A stretch of 63,461 bases of DNA, the filler included, from Candidatus Babelota bacterium (GTDB lineage: Bacteria > JAGOBX01), in the NCBI GenBank assembly GCA_017999075.1. It is 8 parts of 8 records of this genome, joined end to end, with 100 filler letters (N's around TTAATTAATTAA, not from the genome) between each part and the next. Parts side by side here need not be neighbours in the genome. Positions count along the whole stretch, not along the records: positions 1 to 3,303 come from JAGOBX010000466.1; positions 3,404 to 18,883 come from JAGOBX010000024.1; 6 more parts are not named here. One strand, written 5' to 3'. Under the pieces are notes generated by a model. The model did not search any database, was not told the origin of the DNA, and worked only from the letters and a program-made list of their open reading frames with translations. How positions within the stretch are numbered: the first letter of the stretch is position 1; every line of letters starts with the position of its first letter. Below, one piece after another: positions 1-8,213 of the stretch. The translations under genes were made by a program, and so were the position numbers.

Positions 1-2
1 TA

Positions 3-845
3 TTTTTTGGAGGCAGTTTTACCGGTCTTACTTTTGAATTTCAAAAAAAACTTTTAGAATATGTAATAGATTTTGTTAAAGAAAAAAACGCTGTTATACG
101 TATTTCAACTTATCCTGAGTATATTGACAATGAAAAAATATCTTTTTTAAAACAATACAAGGTAAAAATAATAGAGCTTGGCGTCCAGTCTTTAAATGAA
201 AACGTGCTAAAAGCAACCGGCAGATTTTATAACACACAAACAGTATATTACGCGTCAAATATTATAAAAAAAGCAGGATTAAAATTAGGTCATCAAATTA
301 TGATAGGTCTACCAGGCAGTTCTTCTGATATCGAGCTTGACACTATAACTGAAATAAAAAAGATAAATCCTGATTATATCCGAATTTATCCAGTGGTTAT
401 AGTTAAAAACACTGAACTTGAACAGATGTATATTTTAAAAAATTATAAACCTCTTCTTCTTGACGAAATAATTGACAGATGCGTTAAAATAATGTTTTCT
501 ATAGAAAATACCGGAATTAAGATAATAAGAATCGGGCTTCACTCTGAAACAGGTTTTGTAACAAATTCTATTTTAAACACCGGTTCATATCATCCAGCAT
601 TAGGCGAACTTGTAAAATCAGAATACATATTCCGCAAAATCAAAAATATTTTAAAAAAAAATTGTAATATTCAAAACCTTAATGTAAAATATCCGCCTAA
701 TTGGATAAGTTTACTATTCGGACAAAAAAATAAGTATATACAAAAATATGATGCGTTTAATATTATTTTTTCCGCAGATAAACGTCTGAAAGGAAAAATA
801 TTATTATTAAAAAATAAACAAAAAATTGAAGAACTTAAATTTTGA
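3..845 (+). CDS. Radical SAM protein, Elp3/YhcC-like family (5'-truncated at window edge)
   Basis: Frame is open from position 3: FFGGSFTG...IRISTYP...IELGVQS...GHQIMIGLPG...YIRIYP...IRIGL...YHPALGEL, typical of bacterial Elp3-like radical SAM proteins. The ORF-track start at 204 is internal. Confidence 0.8.
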   Translation, partial: FFGGSFTGLTFEFQKKLLEYVIDFVKEKNAVIRISTYPEYIDNEKISFLKQYKVKIIELGVQSLNENVLKATGRFYNTQTVYYASNIIKKAGLKLGHQIMIGLPGSSSDIELDTITEIKKINPDYIRIYPVVIVKNTELEQMYILKNYKPLLLDEIIDRCVKIMFSIENTGIKIIRIGLHSETGFVTNSILNTGSYHPALGELVKSEYIFRKIKNILKKNCNIQNLNVKYPPNWISLLFGQKNKYIQKYDAFNIIFSADKRLKGKILLLKNKQKIEELKF

Positions 846-873
846 ACAAAAAAAATATTCGGAGGATTAATCA

Positions 874-2031
874 ATGGATTATTTTTTAACTGAAGAACAA
901 TTGGAAATCAGAAATCTTGCCCGCCAAATTACTGAAGAAAAAATCATTCCTGCAAGAGAACATTACGACCGGAATAATGAATTTCCTTGGGATATCGTAA
1001 AAGTAATCGCCAAAGCGGATTTATTCAGGGTATTCGTTCCTGAAGAATATGAAGGAATGGGAGCCGGAGTTCTTGCAATGTCTATAGCTACAGAAGAATT
1101 AAGTTACGGTTGCGGCGGAACTGCTATATGTTATGCAGCTTCAGCTTTAGGAGCATATCCTATAATTTTATACGGCAGTGAAGAACAAAAATCAAAATAT
1201 CTGCCTGTAATAGCTTCCGGAGAAAAGCTTGCAGCATTTGCATTGACAGAACCAGATGCAGGAAGCGATGTTGCCAATATGAGAACATCTGCGGTTAAAG
1301 ACGGCGATTATTATATATTAAACGGAACCAAACAATGGATAACTAACGGGGGAGAAGCTGATATTTATACGGTGTTTGCCGTTACAAATCCGGGAAAAGG
1401 CGCACGAGGAATAAGCTGTTTTATAGTTGAAAAGGACACTCCAGGCTTTACTTTCGGAAAAAAGGAAGATAAACTCGGAATTCGAGCTTCAGCGACAAGA
1501 GAACTGATTTTTCAGGATTGCAAAGTTCCTGCTGCAAATCTCATTGCAAAAGAAGGAAGAGGATTTTTAATAGCTATGGCTACATTCGACAAATCAAGAA
1601 CGTCTGTCGGAGCTCAAGCATTAGGTATAGCTCAGGCTGCTCTTGACGAAGCTGTAAGATACTCGAAAGAGCGTATTCAATTCGGAGCTCCTATTTCAAG
1701 TTTTCAGGGAATTCAGTTTATGCTTGCAGATATGGCCATACAAATCGAAGCAGCAAGATCATTAGTTTATTCTGTTGCGCGATTCATTGATTCCGGCGCT
1801 CAAAATGTAAGTAAAGAAGCTGCTATGGCAAAAGCTTTTGCGAGCGATGTCGCAATGAAAGTTACTGTTGACGCGATTCAGGTGCTTGGCGGATACGGAT
1901 ATATGAAAGAATATCCTGTAGAAAAAATGATGAGAGACGCCAAGATCACTCAGATTTATGAGGGAACAAACCAGATTCAGCGTTTAATCATAGCTTCTCA
2001 TTTAATTAAAGAAATGAAATCAAAAAAATAA
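874..2031 (+). CDS. Acyl-CoA dehydrogenase (butyryl-CoA dehydrogenase-like)
   Basis: Motifs ALTEPDAGSD, NGTKQWITN, GGYGY, QIYEGTNQIQR; RBS GGAGG upstream. Confidence 0.93.
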   Translation: MDYFLTEEQLEIRNLARQITEEKIIPAREHYDRNNEFPWDIVKVIAKADLFRVFVPEEYEGMGAGVLAMSIATEELSYGCGGTAICYAASALGAYPIILYGSEEQKSKYLPVIASGEKLAAFALTEPDAGSDVANMRTSAVKDGDYYILNGTKQWITNGGEADIYTVFAVTNPGKGARGISCFIVEKDTPGFTFGKKEDKLGIRASATRELIFQDCKVPAANLIAKEGRGFLIAMATFDKSRTSVGAQALGIAQAALDEAVRYSKERIQFGAPISSFQGIQFMLADMAIQIEAARSLVYSVARFIDSGAQNVSKEAAMAKAFASDVAMKVTVDAIQVLGGYGYMKEYPVEKMMRDAKITQIYEGTNQIQRLIIASHLIKEMKSKK

Positions 2032-2123
2032 ATTTTAAATACAAAAAATTATCAAAATAATTATATTACAGAAATTATGTTTATAATATAAATAAAATAT
2101 AAGCTGGAGGAATATTAAAAGTT

Positions 2124-3303
2124 ATGCAGTTATCAAAACGATTTGAAAAAATTCCGCCTTATTTATTTATGCAGCTAAGACAAAAAATAAATAAAGCAAA
2201 ATCAGAGGGAAAAGATGTCATCAGCCTTGGAGTCGGAGATCCTGACGAACCTACTCCATCAGTTATAATAAAAGAATTAGCGAGAGCGGCAAAAGATCCG
2301 GACAATCATCATTATCCTACTGATGAGGAAAAAGGAATGTTTGCTTTCAGAAAATCTGTTTCAGACTGGTATATAAGAAAATACGGAGTAACTTTAGACC
2401 CTGCTACCGAAATATTAGGTTTAATCGGTTCGAAAGAAGGATGTCATCATTTTTGTTTGTCAGTAGTAAATGAAGGAGATTATGTTTTAATGACTGATCC
2501 GGGTTATCCGGCATACAGAGCAAGTATTTTATTTGCCGGAGGAATACCTTATTCAATGCCTATTTTAGCAAAAAACAAATATTTCCCGAAATACGAAGAT
2601 ATTCCTGAAGATATTGCAAAAAAAGCCAAGGGAATGTTTTTATGTTATCCTAACAATCCTACAGGCGCAGTAGGAACTTTAGACTTTTTTAATAAAACAG
2701 TTGAATTCGCAAAATCTTTTGATATAGCAGTATGTCATGATTTTCCATACAGCGAAATAGTATTCAGCGGTTATAAACCAGTAAGTTTTCTTTCTGCCGA
2801 AGGCGCAAAAGATATAGGAATTGAACTCAATTCACTTTCAAAACCTTACAATATGACAGGCTGGCGTATAGGAATGGCGTTAGGTAATAAAGATTTAATA
2901 TCAGGATTAAGTAAAGTCAAAGAAAATACCGATTCAGGAATTTTCAACGCAGTTCAGTTTGCAGGTATAAAAGCATTAAACGAATGCGACAGACATATTG
3001 CAAAAATGTTAAAAATATATAAACGCAGACGCAATCTTGTGGTGGACATGCTGAACAAACACGGCTGGAATTACAAACCGCCAAAAGGCACGTTTTATTT
3101 GTGGATACCAACGCCTAAAAGTATGAACGCTATAGAATTCACAAATTTTCTTTTTGACGAATGCTGTGTTGTAGTCGCTCCAGGTTCAGCTTACGGAGAA
3201 CACGGAGAAGGATATATAAGAATTTCTGTTACAGTTAAAGAAGACAGATTAGTTGAAGCTATTAATAGAATTGATAAAGCGCTTGAAAAACTAAATTTAA
3301 AAT
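2124..3303 (+). CDS. dapL: LL-diaminopimelate aminotransferase (PLP class I); runs to contig end, essentially complete
   Basis: IPPYLF N-terminus, ISLGVGDPD, GSKEG, YPNNPTG, SLSKPYNMTGWRIG, DSGIF; RBS GGAGG. Confidence 0.8.
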
Positions 3304-3403
3304 NNNNNNNNNNNNNNNNNNNNNNNNNNNNNNNNNNNNNNNNNNNNTTAATTAATTAANNNNNNNNNNNNNNNNNNNNNNNNNNNNNNNNNNNNNNNNN
3401 NNN
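3304..3403. other. Artificial contig linker (N44-TTAATTAATTAA-N44)
   Basis: 100 nt with a six-frame stop core; the same linker recurs 7 times. Confidence 0.98.
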
Positions 3404-3405
3404 CA

Positions 3406-3828
3406 ACAGTAACTGCGCAGATTGAGAAGTCTGTTCCTACGGATAAAAAAAAAGATAATAATCAGGAAACTGATAAAATAGCAGCGGTAAATAAACCGGA
3501 AATTCAGGATGATGTTAAAAGCGGCACTGATAAATCAAAAATAAAAGAATCATCGCAGTCAAAAAAGAATTCATCAAAATCCAAATCTCAGAAAAAAAAT
3601 AAAGAGTATATAATAGAAGTGTATGCTTACAAAACCTCAAAAGAAGCTGAAACTTTTAAAGATATTCTTAAATCAAGAGGATGCGACGCTACGGTTGTAA
3701 AATCAGGGAATATGTATAAAGTCAGGATCGGGAAATTTTCTATAAGACGCGATGCGGTTTATGAAGCAAGGCGTCTTGAAAATAAAGGGATTATACCTCA
3801 TTTTTATATTCAGGAAGAAAATAAATAA
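3406..3828 (+). CDS. SPOR-domain peptidoglycan-binding protein, C-terminal fragment
   Basis: Open from the contig edge: low-complexity K/S/D linker, then YIIEVYAY...EAE...L...G...MYKVRIGKF..R..A, a SPOR pattern. Confidence 0.75.
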   Translation, partial: TVTAQIEKSVPTDKKKDNNQETDKIAAVNKPEIQDDVKSGTDKSKIKESSQSKKNSSKSKSQKKNKEYIIEVYAYKTSKEAETFKDILKSRGCDATVVKSGNMYKVRIGKFSIRRDAVYEARRLENKGIIPHFYIQEENK

Positions 3829-3843
3829 ACTTAAATAGGCAAT

Positions 3844-3867
3844 TTATACTGACAATAATCAGTATAA
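3844..3867. promoter_or_regulatory. Perfect 9-bp inverted repeat TTATACTGA-caataa-TCAGTATAA; possible operator or weak terminator
   Basis: Seen directly in the intergenic region; overlaps a possible CTGACA-16-TATAGT promoter upstream of the eutN-like gene. Confidence 0.4.
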
Positions 3868-3929
3868 TTTTATAGTTTAAAGTTAACGTTATTTATATTT
3901 ATATTAATATTAAAAAATTCAAGGTTTTT

Positions 3930-4205
3930 ATGGAAATAGGTAAAATCATAGGTAGAGCAGTAGCCACTAAAAAAGGGCCGAGACTCGGCGGAAACAGGTT
4001 ATTATTAATTCAACCGCTCGATTTTAATAAAAAACCGAAAGGAGAACCTTTTTTATCATGGGATTGCGTTGATTCAGGTTCTGATGAAATAGTTATTATA
4101 GCTCGAGGCGGAGAAGCAATGCTCCCATTTCCGGAACCATTTCCGCCGATAGACAAAACTGCAGTAGCTGTTGTTGATTCAATAAATTATTTCCCGGAAG
4201 CATAG
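3930..4205 (+). CDS. EutN/CcmL family bacterial microcompartment vertex (pentamer) protein
   Basis: M.IGKIIGRAVATKK..L.G..LLLIQP...D.VDSG..E.V....G.EA...PID..VAVVDSI; 91 aa. Confidence 0.9.
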   Translation: MEIGKIIGRAVATKKGPRLGGNRLLLIQPLDFNKKPKGEPFLSWDCVDSGSDEIVIIARGGEAMLPFPEPFPPIDKTAVAVVDSINYFPEA

Positions 4206-4251
4206 AAAATAAAACAAAATTCATTTAAATTTTTTTTGACAGGTAAATAAT

Positions 4252-5568
4252 ATGCAAAAGATATTTATAATAGATACCAATGTTCTTCTTCATGACGCTG
4301 ATTCAATATTTAAATTTGCTGACAATATAGTAGTGATTCCAATGGTTGTACTTGAAGAGTTGGATACGTTTAAAAAGCGAATGGATGAAGTTGGGAAAAA
4401 CTGCAGAGTAGTGTCAAGAATTCTTGATGAACTCAGAACTGAAGGAACAAAACTTTCGGAAGGCGCGAAATTGCCGAACGGCGGATTAATAAAAGTTATG
4501 CTGTCTACACCTAATCTTGATAATCTTCCTCCAGAATTAAGGACAGTTACTGCTGACAACAGGATTTTATCTCTTGCAAAGTTACTGAAAGAATCAGGAA
4601 ATCATGTGATACTTATTTCAAAAGATCTTAATATGAGGCTGAAAGCCGATACTCTTGATATTCATGCTGAAGATTATGAAGTGAATAAAGTTAAAATAGA
4701 AGAATTATATTCTGGCGTAACTAAACGGATATTGACTGGAGAGCAGTTTGAAAATTTGAAAAACAATCGTAAATTACAATATGAATCAGATGATTTGTAT
4801 TGTAATGAATGTGTAATAATAAGTTTGGAAGCCAATGAATCAGAATTGTTATACTGTACATACGACAAGCATGAAAAAATGCTGCGTACAATAAAATACA
4901 ATAATGAAAAAATATGGGGTATTAAACCTAAAAATGTCGAACAGCTTTTTGCTCTTGATTTATTATTAAACGATAAAATAAAACTTGTAACATTAGTCGG
5001 GTTTGCAGGAACAGGAAAAACTCTTCTTTCACTTGCTGTTGGATTATCTAAAGTTTTGGATGAAAACAAATACACAAAACTTTTAGTTTCGAGGCCTGTA
5101 ATACCTCTTGGCAAAGATATCGGTTATCTTCCAGGAGATGTGTATGAAAAATTAATGCCGAGGATGCAGCCGATATCTGACAATATAGAATATTTGTTTA
5201 AGGAATCTAATAGCGGGAGAATAGCCAGCAATGAACTTGAAAATCTTATTGAAAACGGAGTAATCGAACTTGAAGCTGTAACATATATAAGGGGAAGAAG
5301 CATACCCGAACAATTTATTATTGTTGATGAAGCGCAAAACCTTACTCCTCATGAAATAAAAACAATAATTACGCGCGTCGGAACAAACACAAAAATTGTT
5401 TTGACCGGGGATCCGTATCAAATAGATCATCCATACCTTGATTCAGACAGCAATGGACTTGCGTTTCTTGTTGAAAGATTTAAAGATCAGCCGTTAGCAG
5501 GTCATATTACATTCAGGAAAGGAGAACGGAGCGAACTGGCTCAGCTTGCAGCGGAATTATTGGATTAA
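4252..5568 (+). CDS. PIN-PhoH protein (PhoH2/YlaK/YbeZ-like RNase-ATPase)
   Basis: N-terminal PIN domain (IIDTNVLLHD, EELD, ADNRIL, SKDLNMR); Walker A GFAGTGKT, IGYLPGD, YIRGRS, VDEAQN, TGDPYQID. Confidence 0.93.
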   Translation: MQKIFIIDTNVLLHDADSIFKFADNIVVIPMVVLEELDTFKKRMDEVGKNCRVVSRILDELRTEGTKLSEGAKLPNGGLIKVMLSTPNLDNLPPELRTVTADNRILSLAKLLKESGNHVILISKDLNMRLKADTLDIHAEDYEVNKVKIEELYSGVTKRILTGEQFENLKNNRKLQYESDDLYCNECVIISLEANESELLYCTYDKHEKMLRTIKYNNEKIWGIKPKNVEQLFALDLLLNDKIKLVTLVGFAGTGKTLLSLAVGLSKVLDENKYTKLLVSRPVIPLGKDIGYLPGDVYEKLMPRMQPISDNIEYLFKESNSGRIASNELENLIENGVIELEAVTYIRGRSIPEQFIIVDEAQNLTPHEIKTIITRVGTNTKIVLTGDPYQIDHPYLDSDSNGLAFLVERFKDQPLAGHITFRKGERSELAQLAAELLD

Positions 5569-5607
5569 TTATTTTAATTTTTTATAATATTAAGATTTTG
5601 AATAATA

Positions 5608-6564
5608 ATGGTTACAAAACTTTTAAATGTTCTGATAATCCTGTTATTCTGTATTGTTTTTCAAGCTGTACTTCATTTTTTTCCTGATATAATTTTAAAA
5701 ATAGCCGGAAAAGAAATTCCTGATTATACAATAAGCCTTGCTGTATTCTGCATATTAATAACATCTGTTTTGATTTACGATTCTTTTAAAACGGATCAGA
5801 GGATAAAACTTGAAATCAGAAATTCAAAACTTCAAATCGACAGCATTTCCAGCAGTTATGAAAATAAGATAAAAGAGTTGAAAAATGAAATCGAATTCAT
5901 AAACAATAAACTTTCAAGACAACGTGAAACATTAAACGCTGAATATATGCTGAAACTTGAAGAATTCAAGTCGTCATATGAATTCGAAAATTCCCATCGT
6001 CAGAACCAAACAATTGAAGAAAAATATAAATCTTTTTTTGCGGATATTCAGAATAGGCATGAGGCAGAACTTATGAACATTTTGAAGAGTTCAGATGAAG
6101 GACAAACTATGTTAGAATTGAAAAATAGAATGGAGGTATTGTCGTCTTATTTTAAAGATTTAAGTTATGTCAAATTTTACAGCACAAACATTTTCAGCGA
6201 TATGCAGTTTCATAAATATGAAGATATTGAATTATACAGCGATAATGCATATATAATCAAATATTTGAGCGGATTAACCAATTTAAAGATTTTTAATTAT
6301 GAAAAAAATATTGCTGAAACCATTTCAATACTTAATGAGAACGGATTTTCAGGTAAATTGTATTCTGTAGGAAATCCGGTATTATTTAATTTTTTTATTT
6401 TAAACAGCATAGATTTATATATTTTTTTTGATGCAGGATATATTCATATAGTTAATAATCATACTCTTAATGAACTGAAAAAAAATTTTCAGAAAACAAA
6501 AGAATACACTCAAGAAAATTTTAAACAATCTGAAAAAATAATTAACAGGAATCTTCCGTTTTGA
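5608..6564 (+). CDS. Hypothetical membrane protein (2 TM, coiled coil, C-terminal globular region)
   Basis: Two N-terminal hydrophobic segments and an E/K-rich heptad region; stop codon overlaps the next start. Confidence 0.65.
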   Translation: MVTKLLNVLIILLFCIVFQAVLHFFPDIILKIAGKEIPDYTISLAVFCILITSVLIYDSFKTDQRIKLEIRNSKLQIDSISSSYENKIKELKNEIEFINNKLSRQRETLNAEYMLKLEEFKSSYEFENSHRQNQTIEEKYKSFFADIQNRHEAELMNILKSSDEGQTMLELKNRMEVLSSYFKDLSYVKFYSTNIFSDMQFHKYEDIELYSDNAYIIKYLSGLTNLKIFNYEKNIAETISILNENGFSGKLYSVGNPVLFNFFILNSIDLYIFFDAGYIHIVNNHTLNELKKNFQKTKEYTQENFKQSEKIINRNLPF

Positions 6565-8213
6565 AAACTATTCATCACTTGTTATTAAATGATTATTGGC
6601 AATGCCCGTATAAAGCAAAACTTCTTATAAATGAGAATATTAATTTTGAATCTTATTACGGCAAAACCAACAAACATCAGAACTTTTCAAGAAGCATTTA
6701 TATAACTATACAAGAATTTTTCCGGCAGCAGATAAATAAAAGAAGCAAGGAATTTTTAGAAAAAAGTTTGCGTCAAAACTGGATACATCAGGGATACGCT
6801 ACACAGGAAGAAGAACGTCAGTTCGGTCTTGAAGCATTGGAACTTTTAGAAAATTTTTATTATCATAATGACATATCGAAAATTCTCAATATAATAAATC
6901 AAAAATTGAAATATAAAATTTTTGATTCTGAACTTCAAACTGTATTACAGTTGGGAGAGCATCTTGCCGTTCAGAATAAATTTATAATCACAGATTATTC
7001 TACATCATCATCATCTACTAAATATATTAAAGATAAGTATGATGCAATAAATGATTTTAATGTTATCAACAAAATTTTAGCTGTATATTTCAATTATAAG
7101 ACAGACACTGTGGTTTACAGAAGAATTTTTTTACGATACGGGAATACTTCTGAATTTACTGCTGATATAAATATTATAAACGAGTTTATAAATCATATAC
7201 AGCAAAAAATAAAAGATTTTTCAATGGAAGAAAAATTTGAACGAAAGATAGGCAGGCACTGCAGTTACTGTTCTGTAAATACAATATGTCAATTATCAGA
7301 AAATATAAATTATGCAGATAACCCTCATTTTTTTAAACTTTTACGATTTTTAACAGAACTTTTGCGTGCTGAATTCAGTTTCAGCGCTCTTGAAAATTTT
7401 ATAAAGACGAATATAAAATCAATCGTTTCAGGTCTTGAAAATTTTGAAATACTGGATACTTCAAAATTATTGAATGTGTTCGGAAAAGAATTTGCCGATT
7501 ATGTGATGCTTAAAACTGAAACAACCAGTGTAAATTATATTGAAATAGAAAAAAGTTTTTATTATTTTGCTTTTCTTGGAGAATATGAAGAAACTAATCA
7601 TTATCTTGTTTTTCGTGTTGAAAAACCACTGGATCTTGATTATATTCTTAACTTGAATTTATTGTTGTCATATATTAAAATAAAACTTGATCAGATAAAT
7701 TTTTATCAGTTATCTGTAAATGACCGGCTTACAGGATTGTATAATCACGGATATTACAGATATATTTCGGAAATTGAGCTGAAACGCTGCAAACAATTTT
7801 CAAAACGGCTCGGTATTTTTTTGTTTGACATAGATCATTTTAAAAAATTTAATGATGTTTACGGACATCAGGTTGGAGATTATGTTATTGCTAATATCGG
7901 AAAAATATTTAAAAGCAGCGTAAGAAAAAAAGATATAGCAATTCGTTATGGCGGAGAAGAATTTGTTGCTATTTGTCCTGATATAACAGAGGAAGAACTT
8001 TATAACCTTGCTGAATTCATAAGAAATGCTGTTCAGAATGAATTGTTTATACATAACGAACTCGAACTGAAAGTTACAATAAGCGGCGGAATATCAGTAT
8101 ATCCGGAAGATTCTGAGAATATACTTGAACTTGTAAGGATAGCAGATGAAAGGTTATATGCATCAAAACATAATGGGAGAAACAGGGTGACACGGGTTAG
8201 TGAAAAAAATTAA
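6561..8213 (+). CDS. Diguanylate cyclase with N-terminal degenerate PD-(D/E)XK (RecB/AddB/Cas4-like) Fe-S domain
   Basis: C-terminus: DRLTGLYN, DIDHFKKFNDVYGHQVGD, RKKD I-site, RYGGEEF, SK..GRNRV. N-terminus: QCP (C15) and CSYCSVNTIC (C234/237/243), with DYST in place of DYKT. Confidence 0.85.
   Translation: MKTIHHLLLNDYWQCPYKAKLLINENINFESYYGKTNKHQNFSRSIYITIQEFFRQQINKRSKEFLEKSLRQNWIHQGYATQEEERQFGLEALELLENFYYHNDISKILNIINQKLKYKIFDSELQTVLQLGEHLAVQNKFIITDYSTSSSSTKYIKDKYDAINDFNVINKILAVYFNYKTDTVVYRRIFLRYGNTSEFTADINIINEFINHIQQKIKDFSMEEKFERKIGRHCSYCSVNTICQLSENINYADNPHFFKLLRFLTELLRAEFSFSALENFIKTNIKSIVSGLENFEILDTSKLLNVFGKEFADYVMLKTETTSVNYIEIEKSFYYFAFLGEYEETNHYLVFRVEKPLDLDYILNLNLLLSYIKIKLDQINFYQLSVNDRLTGLYNHGYYRYISEIELKRCKQFSKRLGIFLFDIDHFKKFNDVYGHQVGDYVIANIGKIFKSSVRKKDIAIRYGGEEFVAICPDITEEELYNLAEFIRNAVQNELFIHNELELKVTISGGISVYPEDSENILELVRIADERLYASKHNGRNRVTRVSEKN

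Noticed and set aside
5155-5166. AGG (Arg) at a position usually Trp in PhoH (MPRMQP), together with WecB PEG for PEE and FtsE LSSGE for LSGGE; possible codon reassignment
   Set aside because: AGG and CGG encode conserved Arg elsewhere in the same gene (DNRIL, GERSE), and TGG is used for Trp. These are isolated substitutions or consensus errors.
6561-7300. Cas4-like domain as a sign of a CRISPR-Cas locus
   Set aside because: No repeat-spacer array or other cas gene is present in the window, and the domain lacks nuclease residues.
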